In this document: in pieces, positions 11,443 to 23,940 of the stretch
How the letters are laid out: every line of letters starts with the position of its first letter
How positions within the stretch are numbered: the stretch's first letter is position 1
Source: Octopus bimaculoides
Taxonomy: Eukaryota
Direction of reading: 5' to 3'
DNA: 64,000 nt
NCBI RefSeq assembly: GCF_001194135.2
Contig: NC_068981.1
Location: 43,290,081-43,354,080 of the forward strand
Program-made: the position numbers and the translations under genes
Notes under the pieces: model-generated
Told to the model about the DNA's origin: nothing
The model's input: only the letters and a program-made list of their open reading frames with translations
The model's database searches: none

Positions 11443-11755
11443 AAGTAGCTTGCTTACCAACAACATGGTTCTGGGTTCAGTCCCATTGTGTGGCACCTTG
11501 AGCAAGTGTCTTCTGCTATAGCCTTGGACAATCCAAAGCCTTGTGAGTGGATTTGCTAGATGGAATCTAAAAGAAGCCCGTCGTATATATATATATATAT
11601 ATATNNNNNNNNNNNNNNNNNNNNNNNNNNNNNNNNNNNNNNNNNNNNNNNNNNNNNNNNNNNNNNNNNNNNNNNNNNNNNNNNNNNNNNNNNNNNNNNN
11701 NNNNNNNNNNNNNNNNNNNNNNNNNNNNNNNNNNNNNNNNNNNNNNNNNNNNNNN

Positions 11756-11823
<68 letters not shown>

Positions 11824-12427
11824 CTGTTTGTGTGTGCCTGTTTGTGTGTGCCTGTTTGTGTGTCTGTGTTTTTTCCCCCCACCATCACTTGACAACAGAT
11901 GCTGGTGTGTTTACAGCCTTGTAACTTAGCGGTTCGGCAAAAGATACCAACAGAATAAGTACAAGGCTTACAAATAATAAGTCCTGAGGTCGATTTGTTC
12001 AACTAAAGGCAGTGCTCCAGTTTGGTCACAGTCAAATGACTGAAACAAATGAAAGAATAAAGAATAAAAGAATATATATACATATCTTAAATTCTAACGT
12101 TTTCTAACATGATTCCTATATGTAGTCAGCTAAGAAGTCATCTTCTTTCACTCTATACATATATGCTACATGAACATAGTAATATCTCTTAATTCGTAGA
12201 CAAGTGCATAAGACCAGCTCTCTTCACATTAAAACAAATCTCTTTGATGTAATGACAAACTCTAGCAGGAAGCATTTCTAGATCATCTAGTAACTATACC
12301 TGTCATCAAAATGTGTCCAGAAATACACTAACATACTTATGATAATTTTTGAACACACTATTTTGTCTGCGGCAAGATATATATATTAGAACTCATTGAG
12401 TAGAACACAGTTAGGTATCTAAAAGTA

Positions 12428-12677
12428 CAAGGGGGTGCTGGAAAGTTTCTGGCTATAAGGGTATTACAAAAAGCCTGGCTGGACCTTGCTTTAAGGGTAT
12501 TGTGAAAAGCCTGGCTGGAGGCCCAACCTTCCATGTTCTTTTACAGGACTTGGAAAAACTGAAGGACCACTGCAGTAAGTGTGTGAATCTGTGATGGGTA
12601 CATGAATAAAATAATAATTAACTGATCCTCCTGTATTTTCTTTTATGTGAAGTCAGGAACCTTTTAGCACCTCCTTA
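12428..12677 (+). mobile_element. Mariner-derived MITE
   Basis: TA-caagggggtgctggaaagtttctggct ... agtcaggaaccttttagcacctcctta-TA: imperfect TIRs and TA TSD; homologues at 17102 and 28872. Confidence 0.85.
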
Positions 12678-13172
12678 TATATGTTCATATTCATATAATA
12701 ATATGAGGCATTTACACAAACTGTTTTAAATACAGATAAACCTGCTTGAGAATGATGCATTGGCAAAGTAGAGTAAGATCGGCTGAATATTTTAGAAATG
12801 TAAGCTTAAAGATGGATGTTTTGTTAAGTTAGTTTTTATTATCAATTAACCAAGGGTCATTGATTGGCAAAATTGTTACAGTATAGAAATAAATTATTTA
12901 TGGTATTCGTCCCATCCCTTTATATTGTGATTTCAAATCTTGTTGAAGTTAATTTTACCATTCTGTTTTCAGAGTGGATAATGTACTGCTCAAGTATTGG
13001 GGTTAAGGGTATTGACTAACATACTCCCCTCAAATTTCAGGCTTTCTGTGTATAATGGAAAAAATTATTAATTAATCAACTGATTGGCAGAATTGTTAAT
13101 ATGTTGGCAAAAATGCATTATGGTATTTGTTCTAGTCTAGTGACATTCTTGTTACATTATAGTTACTTACAT

Positions 13173-13385
13173 ATGGTAGTGAGCTGACAGAAACGTTAGC
13201 ATGCCAGGCGAAACGCTTAGCTGTATTTTGTCTGTCTTTATGTTCTGAGTTCAAATTCTGCCAAGGTCGACTTTGCTTCTCATCCTTTTGAGGTTGATAA
13301 ATTAAGTACCAGTTGCCTACTAGGATCGATCTAATCGACTGGTCCCCTCCCCATAAATTTGGGCCTTGTACCTAGAGTAGAAAAG
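13173..13385 (+). mobile_element. tRNA-derived SINE with 17-bp TSD
   Basis: A box gagctgacagaaacg, B box gagttcaaattc, central gtcgactttgc..catcctttt..gataaattaagtacc; TSD attatagttac(t/a)tacat at 13156-13172 and 13386-13402. Confidence 0.9.
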
Positions 13386-13974
13386 ATTATAGTTACATAC
13401 ATGTAGAAAGATATAGATGCCCAGATATTATATATGATGGCCAGCTGCAAGGTTCAAATCACACCAATCTGTACAGTATAGATAAAATAAAGTATTGATA
13501 AAGAGATATAATTGACTATAACCTAATCCCTTCAGATGTTCAACCTTGTGCCAGTTTAAGAAAGTATTATCATTATTACTATAAGATCTGATGGCATAAT
13601 ACCCATGATCATTATAGATCCTTAGTGCCTATTGAGATCAACAAGGCTGATGTTGAATTTGATCTTCTCTAAGTTGATATCTGTAGTTATGAAATGGATA
13701 GGAAGAAAATTCAAGAGAATTACAGCTCTACAGAAAGAATGATTAAGTGAAGTATTGAGGATCTAGAGGATCTAGAGGGTGGGGGACATTAAGAAGGAGG
13801 TGAAATAGATGCACTGAGTGTGGTGGATTGGATTACAAGCTGTAAAGCATTTTGCTACTTCAGAGAAAATGTAGACTATTAGGATAACTTAGAAAAGGCA
13901 GAAAAAGCAGAAAAAGAGGCATTTCATCAGTGAATCAGTGAATATGATACTATGTTGGAGAGTGAGTTTTTGTT

Positions 13975-14490
13975 AATCATACCAGTGCTGCCTGACTGGC
14001 TCCCATGTTGGTGGCATCTAAAAAGTGCCATTCGAGCTTGGTCAATAAGTCCTGGGGTCGATCTGTTCAACTAAAGGCAGTGCTCCAGTTTGGCCACAGT
14101 CAAATGACTGAAACAAATAAAAGAATATTTATACATATCTTAAATTCTAACATTTTCTAATATGATTCTTATATGCAGTCAGCACCATTCGAGCGTGGTC
14201 ATTGCCAGCGCCGCCTGACTGGCTCCCATGCTGGTGACATGTAAAACGCACCATTCAAGCATGGTCAATGTCAGTACCACCTGACTGGCTCCTGTGCCAG
14301 TGGCATGTAAAAAGCACCCACTACACTCTTGGAGTGGTTGGTATTAGGAAGGGCATCCAGCTGTAGAAACTTTGCCAGATTGGATTGGAGCCTGGTTCAG
14401 CCTTCTGGTTCGCCGGCCCTCAGTCAAACCGTCCAACCCATGCCAGCATGGAAAGTGGACGTTAAACGACAACGACGATGATGATGATTC
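13975..14490 (+). mobile_element. RTE 3'-tail element with several 66-bp modules, carrying a captured 140-bp insert
   Basis: gcacc-register units at 14182, 14248, 14314; standard tail to gttaaacgacaacgacgatgat; insert at 14044-14183. Confidence 0.85.
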
Positions 14491-14726
14491 AAAAGAATTT
14501 CTTTGAGATTTGGTAAACACAATTTTTCAGTAGCAGTTTACTATGACAAGAAATCCAAGAGAGAATATAGAACAAATATTGTTGTTTCTGCTATAGTTAC
14601 TTCTGTTACCTCTGCCATTACCTCTGATGATGTCATTGTCACTGTTATTGCTACTGCCATCATTGTTGTCATCATCGACATCACTTTTATGTTCACTTTT
14701 TCCATTTTGGTATGGTGCTAACTTAC

Positions 14727-14945
14727 TTTTGTTCAAGTGAGGTACTTTTTTCCCCCATGTCTTTACACACCAGTCTGTTGTGCTGCCAGTCATTTCGTTT
14801 ATGCGGAACATAAAAAATGACAGTCCATGCAATGTCAATATGAAATCTGGCCAAGATCCACATACACACCCAGCCAAATGTACATTCATCTATGTACAAA
14901 ATCCACCCCAACATTGTGTAACATTTAATGTCTTTATGCAGTGTA
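14727..14945 (-). CDS. Candidate internal exon of an unidentified gene
   Basis: Strong donor AAA|GTAAGT at 14726; acceptors ttattccttag (exon start 14945) or tttgtacatag (14889); open frame TLHKDIKCYTMLGWILYIDECTFGWVCMWILARFHIDIAWTVIFYVPHKRNDWQHNRLVCKDMGEKSTSLEQ; non-repetitive; no homology confirmed. Confidence 0.3.
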
Positions 14946-15329
14946 CTAAGGAATAATCAGTCTGGTAAGGTCCAACCCTTGCTACCAGAATCATTGAACC
15001 AGAAATTGTAAATATGAGGAATAACTGAGGTGAAATTACTCAGCTAGAAATAATGCACATATAATAGTCTCACCTCTGTTTTTATAGTGAGACAGTAACT
15101 CACTATATTTACTGATTAACCGAGATTCTTGCAATAAGAAAACAAAAACTCACTCTAGATATGTTTAAAACAGGAAATATATAAACAAGGGAGATAATAT
15201 CAGCAGCCCAAATTTTTGTAAAAGAGACATGGTAGTTAGGAGTGACGAAGTTCAAACTCCCCACATCATATCAAACTTAGCTTATATCAAGCTTTAATTT
15301 TTTTCTATCTGACCAGTCTGTTGTTTGCA

Positions 15330-15712
15330 TGGCTGTTATTACTGGACTCTGAAACTTGCTTTACACAACTTTCTGAACAAATGCTGCACCAGTATGGTAT
15401 GTTCAATACTTAACACCAAACAGATGGTGTATGTTAGCAACAACCATCCTTAGAGAAGGCTACCAGGGTCAAATGAAGAAATAACAGTCAGGCAGCTATG
15501 GTTGGTCAGTCACTGTGAAAGGCACCGATAGTGCTCAGCCAGCTAGCTGGTGCTGTAGAATCCAACACATGAGTATCGAACGAATGGTTGTTCCACATCT
15601 AGATGGACTATAGAAAGATATTGAAGCAGAAACTCTTGATAAGCTGGTAAGGTATATGGAGGACTGAGATGGCTGGAGAACCACTGGAGAATTCGTCTGA
15701 GGATGGCCTACA
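15330..15712 (+). mobile_element. Decayed RTE LINE 3' remnant
   Basis: Fragmentary ..VRQLWLVSHCERH..AQPAS..NPTHEYRT..YMED*DGWRT matching the RTE C-terminal pattern. Confidence 0.55.
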
Positions 15713-15719
15713 TATTAAA

Positions 15720-15925
15720 TATTGTAATAATGATTTTAAATTTTGGTACAAGACTAGTAATTGTAAGTGGTTAGTTGATGACACTGAGCCTAATGCTTGA
15801 TTAGTACTTTATTTTATCGACCCTCAAAAGATAACTGGCAAAGTTGACCTTGGCAGGATTTGAACTCAAAAAATTAAAGTGTCAGAAGAAATGCTACTAT
15901 GCATTTTGTCAAATGTGCTAATGAT
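15720..15925 (-). mobile_element. Decayed tRNA-derived SINE (family of 13173)
   Basis: ttttatcgaccctcaaaag..ggcaaagttgaccttggcaggatttgaactca is the reverse complement of the family body and B box. Confidence 0.75.
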
Positions 15926-15929
15926 TCTT

Positions 15930-16002
15930 CCACCACCACCACCACCACCACCACCACCACCGCCACCGCCACTGCCGCTGCCACCGCCACCACCACCACC
16001 AT
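15930..16002. repeat. (CCA)n tract with CCG/CTG interruptions
   Basis: ccaccacca..ccgccaccgccactgccgctgccaccgccaccacca. Confidence 0.9.
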
Positions 16003-16854
16003 CTTTTAACATCCAATGATTATAACAATGGTGATGATGATGATGATGATAACTGAGAGCAGACCTGGTCTTTAAGCAAATTTGTGAATGCAAAAGACAT
16101 GATTTGGTACTGAGAATTGCATCTGAACTTGGTTAATAAGGGAATTAATTCAATCTCATGCTAAAGTGCATGCATGCTAGTCAATAGAAATTTTAACTTG
16201 AAATTGTTAATGATGGTATTTTCTTCTCATCAACCATGTTCCATATATCCATTCCCTGTCAGATTCTCCAATCACCACTTTGTCTCATCCCTTCTTTCCC
16301 AAAATTACTATTTCCTTGAAACTCTAAAGCTGTCAATTTGCAACTGTCCAAGAGGCATAGTAACTGCATTAATATCACCGGTCTCAAAGGACTTTTGAAG
16401 GCCATGGACACACCCACTTTCTCCAAAGCAAACCAATAATGATAAATAAATAAGTAAGTAAATAAGACCTACATCTGTTGAAAGAGTAAAGTTAATGTTC
16501 CAGCTATGAAAAGATATCAAGTTGTAACTTATTTATTCTTGTTTCAGATAATTCAATTATTGTGTTATTAAGATAACAAATAAATGTCTGTAGTATTTTG
16601 AGGACACAGTAGATAATGTCTAGAGATTCACTTCACTTCTCACCAGGACTCTCATATAATGATAAATAGGTCTACTAAACTCAGAGGATCTTTCATTGAT
16701 TAGTTTCAGCCATTGATTAATTTCTGTCTCATAGTGTGAAGAGGAAGCAGGTGAGAGCTTTAAATTACAGGTAGCTTTCTCAGATGATTTGGTAACTTTG
16801 TAGTTTGGGAAAAGTTGTCATCATTTGGCAATGGAAAATCACACCATAAGGTTG

Positions 16855-17770
16855 AGATGCAGGCATGGCTGCTAGATTAAAAAAATTTGCTTCCCATCCA
16901 CATGATTTCATGTTCAGTTCTACTGTGTGACAACTTGGGCAAATATCTTCTACTATAGCCCCAGGTCAACTAAAGCTTTGTATGTGGATTTTGTAGATGG
17001 AAACTGAAAGAGGCCAATTGGAAAAGCACCCACACACACCACACAAACACGCATGCACACACAAACGTGCATGAGTGAATGTGCGTGTGTGTGTGTGTAT
17101 ACAAGTGGATGCTGAAAAGCTCCTGGCTTTAAGGGCCTTGTGAAAGGCCTGGCTGGAGTTCTTTTACAGGGCTTAGAAAACCTGAAGGACCACTGCAATA
17201 AGCGTGTGAATGTGAGAGGGGAATATGCTAAATATGATAATAATAAACTGATGCTCCTCTGTTTTCTTTTACCCAAAGCCATGAATTTTTTAGCACTCCC
17301 TCATATATGCAGGTATAAATGTATGTTTATCTGGGCATGTAATTGTATGAAAGATTTCATATTTCCCTCATCATGGGTGTTTGCTCTCTGATTGTAAACA
17401 ATGGCATTGCTGACTGTGTTAATTGCTTTCGGTTCACCACAAGGTATTTCCAGGCTAGTGTGTATGTGTGTGTGTATGTGTGTGTGTGCGTATGTGTGTA
17501 TGTGTGTGTTTGTGTGTGTGCGTGTTGTGTGCACGCGCGTGCACATGCATGTGTGTGTGCATGCATGTGATGTGTGTGTGTGTATGTTTGTGTAGGTTCT
17601 TGTGAATCACAACTCAATAACTCCCTGTAACTTAGAAGTTCATGAAAATATAGAATAAATACAAAACTTAAAAAAGAAAGTCCTGGCATCAATTTGATCA
17701 ACTAAAACCCCTTCAAGGCCATCATACTTTAGCATGTCTGCAGTCCAATGATTAAGACAAGTATATAAAC
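16855..17770 (+). mobile_element. CORE-type SINE interrupted by a MITE
   Basis: Head ggcatggct..gttcagttctactgtgtgacaacttgggcaaatatcttc, (CA)/(TG) middle, tail gtccaatgattaagacaag. Confidence 0.7.
17102..17303 (+). mobile_element. Mariner-derived MITE, copy 2
   Basis: TA-caagtggatgctgaaaagctcctggct..ttttagcactccctca-TA, inserted in the SINE microsatellite. Confidence 0.85.
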
Positions 17771-18145
17771 AAGAGCACTCAGAGACAGCAAACCTCCGCC
17801 AAGGCAACACCAGCGTCCTTTCAACAATTAGCCAAAGATAATTTTTATAATGAGAATATCTGAAATAAACTCGACTGCTCTCACAAACAAGAATACTAAA
17901 AATAAACCCAACTGCTCTCAAAAATTAAGAAAAGAAAAACAGAAAAAATTATCCAGAATCCTTGTCTGGTACCAGATTGATCCTAGAATCTAATCAGTTT
18001 GTGCCAGTCATGAGACCAAACATCCCTGAAAGTTCATCCGAATCCATCCAGTGGTTCTTGAGATACCTTGTCCATGGACAAACAATCAAACAAACAAACA
18101 TGACTGAGAATAATACGACCACCTTCACTAAGGCAGAGGTAATAA
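17771..18145 (-). mobile_element. Unclassified non-autonomous DNA element (possibly Crypton-type)
   Basis: Reverse complement of the 57755-58129 element; superfamily assignment from memory only. Confidence 0.6.
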
Positions 18146-18472
18146 TGAATACTGCAGCATGAGATAAACTATATCTGAAAAATATAGGATAGCCAGGGCT
18201 GAAATAACATTGATCATAGTTATTCTCAGTCAGAGTTGACTTGGAGTTAAACAACAATATTAACAACACCATTGGAATTAACTTCATTTATATGATTACT
18301 ATCAACAATAATCACTGTTCTATGACAACAAGTAAAGATTCTATAAAAGAAAATCTTGCAATGTCTTGCAATGTAGCTTCAATTTCTCACTGAAGCTAAT
18401 TCACTTCATTTCTTTTTTCTATTTTTGCTTCTTTTTTTTTATTTTTGCTTTATATTCAGACAGGTTACTCAC

Positions 18473-18553
18473 AATATTCCCTTTTCTTCTTCTATGCTGA
18501 ATCCAAAATGAACCAATAAGTTTAACAGCAGCAAGTTTGCTTCCATTATCATC
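18473..18553 (-). CDS. Candidate 81-nt exon
   Basis: Donor ATT|GTGAGT; long polypyrimidine tract upstream but an atypical GAG acceptor; two frames open (MIMEANLLLLNLLVHFGFSIEEEKGI or DDNGSKLAAVKLIGSFWIQHRRRKGNI). Confidence 0.2.
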
Positions 18554-19342
18554 CTCAGATATTTTGACATCAGAAATTGAAAGAGTGAAGAACAGAAAAG
18601 AAGAAAGAGGAAATAAGATGAATGGGAACAAAGAATATAAAATGATACAGGTTTATATATATATATATATATATNNNNNNNNNNNNNNNNNNNNNNNNNN
18701 NNNNNNNNNNNNNNNNNNNNNNNNNNNNNNNNNNNNNNNNNNNNNNNNNNNNNNNNNNNNNNNNNNNNNNNNNNNNNNNNNTATATATATACATATACAT
18801 ATATATATATATATATCTTGAGAGAGAGAGGGGGGCAGGGAGGAAGGGAAAGAGATAGAGACTGAGAGAGAAGTGAGTCAAAAGTCAGAGAATAATGTGA
18901 AGAGAAAAGCAAAGTTTAATATGGCTAAATAGAGTTAACCAACATCATGGTTAAGAGAAAATGCAATGTGAATGTAACAGTGACAGAGACAGAGATTAGG
19001 AGGGAAATGTAGGGAGAGTAAGAAGAAAAGGAAGAAAGAGATAAAGAAAATGAGGAAAGATATAATTAAAGAAAGAGTGAAAGAAAGAGAGAGGGGCAGA
19101 AAGAGAAGGTGAGAGATTGAGAGAGTGGCTGAGAGGGAGAGAAACTCAAAAAGGATAGAAAGTAATATGTGATAAATGAAGTGGAAAAGAAAGGTTATTA
19201 AGTGATATCTGAAATAAGAATCGGAATAAAAAGAGATAACATTGCATGATGGGAGAACAAGACAGAGAGATTAAGAGAAAGTTGGAGACAAAGGAGACAA
19301 GGAAAATAAGGAAAGAGTACAGAGAGAAAGAGATAGAGGAAG

Positions 19343-19381
<39 letters not shown>

Positions 19382-20454
19382 AAGGAAGAATGAGAGAGAG
19401 AGAGAAGATTTGGATTACTCAAAAATAAAATGTCTCAGCTAATGGAAGACAGAAATTGTTAAGATAGAAAGAAAATGTATAAGAGATTAGAAAATGAGCG
19501 TTAATGAAATAGTTACAAAGATAAATAATAAAAGAAAATTTTCCTCAAGAAACACAAATATAACCAAGAATGAAATAATTGCAAAGACAGAGAAGAAATA
19601 TAATGAGAAGATTAAGTGTAAGAAAACTAATGAACGAAAATATCAAGCCATTAGCTGAAACCATTGCTTGATTAGGGTCTCATTGATATTATTGAAATTC
19701 TTACTGGTGTGCTAGAACATTTATTTAACTAATCAGTGTACATAGAGTAGCCAATTTGATATCTCTTTGTATTTCTCTTTTTTTTTTTTCTTTTCTTTTT
19801 TGGCATTTAAAATTTTTCTACATTCTTTGGAGGGGAGAATATTTAGAAAGCAAAAAAAAAAAAAAGACAAAAATAAAGCTAAATAATATTACAAGAAACC
19901 TGGAAACTGATTAATCACATTTGCACTTACACTAAATTAGAGTTCAGCAAAGAATTATTACCGTTTTACATAGAAGTGATTTTTTTTTTTTTTTTTCGCT
20001 TTTCTCTGTTTATCTTTTATTTTATATTTATTTTTTGTAGGTTTTTTTTGTTAGTTATTTTGTTTTGGGTTTTGCTGTTATCTTTTTTATTTTCAAAAAC
20101 ATTTAACAAATAATATCTCCTGTAGCATTATGGTATTGTATAACAATAAATATTTTTTTAATCAATTTCAAGCTAAGGAGATTTTCCTTGTTCAGGAAAT
20201 AACACTCTTAGCATTCTAACACTTTAACCACAAAGCCACTGCCTTGTGTCTATGCAGCACCTTAGGCAAGTACCTTCTACTAAAGTTCTGAACAGATCAA
20301 TGACTGGTGAATGGCAGAAGAAAGCTTTAAGATGCCCATTGAGTATGTACGATATATCCATATGTATACATATGTGTTGGGTCTCATGGAAACAAAGTAG
20401 CCAATGCTGGTGGTGTGTGGAAAGCTCTTTTCGATTGTTGGACCTCCTGGAGTC

Positions 20455-20747
20455 AATGACGAATGACTGAGACCTTTGACATTATGTCGTGCTTGAGAAG
20501 AAGATCCACGAATAAAATCACAGTCATGGCAGATACTGGTGTCACACAAATGGTACCCATGCTGGTGGCATGTAAGAGCACCCATTACACTCTCAGAGTG
20601 GTTGGTGTTAGGAAGGGCATCCAGTCATAGAAACTATGCTAAATCAGACTGGAGTCTGGAGCAGCCTTCCAGCTTGCCAGCCCCAGTCAAACCATCCAAC
20701 CCATACCAGTATGGACAATGGACACTAAAGGATGATGATGATGATGA
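20455..20747 (+). mobile_element. RTE LINE extreme 3' end plus tail
   Basis: tgactgagacctttgacattatgtcgtgcttgagaag (ORF end) then ggtggcatgtaagagcaccc..ggaagggcatccag..(GAT)n. Confidence 0.85.
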
Positions 20748-20924
20748 TACATACATGCATACATCATACTTACAACACATGTATACATATGTGTGTGTGT
20801 GTAGATGTCTCTCTTTCTTTCTTTCTTGTATCATGGCATATTCATACCTTTGATGAATCATGACTTGTTCCTCTTCCATTTATTTCTGTCTCTCACAACA
20901 TTACTCCAGGTCTTTCTTGCTCTG

Positions 20925-21220
20925 CACATTCAATCTCTTCCTCATCCAGTTGAATATCTTCGTTCTCTGCCTTCCTCTCACTCACCTTCCCACCAGCTCA
21001 GTCTCCACCATGTAACGCTCTATTCCGTCATCCTCTCTGAGAAAATGACCAACAAATCTCCACTGTCTCTCTCTCTCTCTCTCTGATAGTATCCATCAAC
21101 TGTCTCTTCACTTTCATCTTCTTCAACACTTCTACATTTGTCACCCTCTGTATCCATGAGATTCTAAGCATTTTTCTATAAAACCTCTTTTCCATGACTT
21201 TGCTTATCGTTCAAGACTCA
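20925..21220 (-). mobile_element. RTE (BovB-like) LINE C-terminal remnant, different subfamily
   Basis: Minus translation MEKRFYRKMLRISWIQRVTNVEVLKKMKVKRQLMDT..RFVGHFLRE..GRQRT. Confidence 0.8.
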
Positions 21221-21300
21221 CATCTATACATTAACACCGACCAGATGTAGCACTTCAATAGTCGTTTTCTGTATAAATTATGAAATGTGTGTATATGTAT

Positions 21301-21459
21301 GAAATCATCATCATCATCGTTTAACATCCGCTTTCCATGCTAGCATGGGTTGGACAACTTGACTGAGGACTGGTGAACCAGATGGCTACACCAGGCTCCA
21401 ATCTGATTTGGCAGAGTTTCTACAGCTGGATGCTCTTCCTAACACCAACCACTCCAAGA
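21301..21459 (-). mobile_element. Short 5'-truncated RTE tail with 12-bp TSD
   Basis: catcatcatcgtttaacatccgc..ccactcc; TSD gtgtatatg(t/a)at at 21289-21300 and 21460-21471. Confidence 0.85.
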
Positions 21460-21748
21460 GTGTATATGAATATTGTCATTTTGCAGCTCTGCTTGACACC
21501 ATCTTAGAAAAATTCTGATATGCAATTTACATTCCTTGTTGACATTAAATGATGATGATGATGATGACGACGATGAGGATGATGATGATGATGATGATGA
21601 TGGTGATGATACATATATGCAAAGATCTGTGAAATAATGCAATCCTTTAACTGGCAAACACACAAGGGTTTGTAACAGGAAGAACCTCCAGATAAATCCC
21701 TGTCTAATCTATGCTAGTATAGAAAAATGGACATTAAATGAAAAAATG

Positions 21749-21789
<41 letters not shown>

Positions 21790-22989
21790 ACAGACACACA
21801 CAGACACACACACACACACACACTCACACACTCACACACACACACACACACACACACGCATACACAAACAGAGTCAAGATATGAACTAAAATATCATTAC
21901 TAATATTACTAATAAGTTCATGATTAAGTTAAAAACACCTCAACTAATCATTGGATAGTATAAGACCACAGCAGCCTTCTTTGAAATTATATCAACTCAT
22001 AAGATATTTACATCTGCCCATAAATGTATTGCTGGCTAAAAGCTGGAGAGCTGTTGTGTAATGTAGTATAGCATTAAATTAAAACTCTGTTAATGTATCA
22101 GTAATTTATCTATTAAATTAGCTGTCTTTTTGACTTCGTTAAGACCTGAGTAGCAGTGGATTTATAAGCAGTGCATCTGTGTACAGTTAAATGGAGTATG
22201 CAGTGGCTGATGAAATATCAACACAAGATTGAAATCAAACTGGTAGGTCCCTCATTTTCTGTCCACAAAGACATATGTATATAGAAAATATGTTTACATT
22301 ACTCTATATATGCAATGTTAGCTAAAATCCATAGGTCTGTTCAGTAGAACAGTATATGATTAAGACAAAATACTGTTAATACACTAGTAATTTAGATATA
22401 TACATATATGCATGTGAATGAGTAATTTGATTTCTGGTTGAATAATTGCTGGTTTTCAACAGCATGTAATCATGGGTTCCAGAAAGTTAAGAAATTCTAT
22501 TAAAAAGAAATGTTTAGTTACTCTTTCGGTGTTGAGTACTCATTCTTCTGGTATATTACTAACACACACACATACATACTCAACACACACAAGCTTGCAA
22601 TTCTTTATTCTATGGAATGTGATGTTTCAATTTAGTAGTAGGCTATAGGTAAGTACATAGATTTAATTAAGTCATGACTGTTGCTGTTTTGCTGCACAAT
22701 ATTTGTGCTGTTGTTTGACAGCTAATGTAGTTAATAATCTTGTTCCCATTTTTCTATATTTATATTTCTGTGTATGTATATTTCAATATTTTTCTAGACT
22801 GAGAGAAGGGACGATGGTTTTAGGATAATAGTATATTAATGTTTAATAGTGTTGTATTTTAAGAATTGGTACAGGGGAGGGGGAATTCTTTTGCACTTGC
22901 ATGAACAATCTCTCAAATTCTTGTAGCACAATAAAATGTACTCAGTCTATGCTGTAATAAGTTGGTGATAAGGTGGTATTCAGCAGTAA

Positions 22990-23940
22990 AAAAGTTGATA
23001 TATAAGCTATGAACACACCAGAGGTGCAGTGGATTAATAGGAAGGTTATCAGAGAAGATAGTTTTCATATGTGGAAGATGCACAGGATCCATAAAATTTT
23101 AGAGACTCAGGAAATTGATTCTCTCAAATTCCCTGGTAGTAAGTACATTAGAGGTAGTAGATAATTTCTGCTACCTAGGGGACCAAATTAGTAGAGGGGA
23201 GGATGCACAAAGAGTGTGATAACTAAGATTAGAATGGGATGGAGGAAATTCAGAGAGCTGTTACTTCTGTTGGTCATGAAATGTTTCTTTCTCCGAGTGA
23301 AAGGTAGATTGTATGATGTATATATACGGACAGCAATTTTATATGGTAGTGAGTCATGGGCCCTGGATGCAGAGGACATATGAAGGTTAGAAAGGTATGA
23401 GGTTAGTATGCTCCACTGAATGTGTAATGTGAGTGTACATGTTCAACAGAGTGCTAATGTTTTGAGAGAGAAGTTAGCCATAAGAGGAATTAGCTGGTGT
23501 GTGAAAGAGGGAAGACTGTGTTGGTTTGGTCATGTGATGTAGAATGAAGCCAACAGCTCCATAAAGAAGTGCTGATCTCTCAAAGTAGATGGAACATGTG
23601 GAAGTGGGAGAGCCAAGATGAAGTATTGAAGAACGACCTCAGGCTGCCAAACCTTTCAGGTGAGATGACAAAGGACCGAGATGCCTGGTGCCTTGCTGTA
23701 CTTAAGAAGACCTGTACTCTGCAGCCGAAGTATTATGACTGGTCCTTCTGGTGGTGCAAAGTACTTGTTGTGGTGCCGCATAAAAGCACCCAGCACACTC
23801 TCCATAGTGGTTGGCATTAAAAAGGGCATCCAGCCATAGAAATTGGAGTGGGTTGCAGCTCCTAATTTGCCAAATCTGATCAAACCATCCAACCCCATGC
23901 CAGCATGGACAATGGACATTAAATGATGATGATGATATAT
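22990..23940 (+). mobile_element. Decayed 5'-truncated RTE LINE with 3' tail
   Basis: VVDNFCYLGDQIS..IRMGWRKFRELL..VKGRLYD..AILYGSESWAL.., then aaagggcatccagcc..ggacattaaatgatgat. Confidence 0.85.

Larger units (their letters stand above)
10536..12075 (+). mobile_element. tRNA-derived CORE-type SINE interrupted by an 867-bp insertion and a gap
   Basis: Head ggagtggttgtgtgttaagtagcttgcttaccaa resumes at 11443 with ggttcagtccca..ggcaccttgagcaagtgtcttc (CORE-like), then (TA)n(TG)n, body and (aaagaat)n tail; same family at 16855 and 60335. Confidence 0.85.

Noticed and set aside
15866-16093. Poly-His/poly-Gly ORF resembling a transcription-factor low-complexity region
   Set aside because: It is a trinucleotide tract abutting a SINE head, with no splice signals or domain
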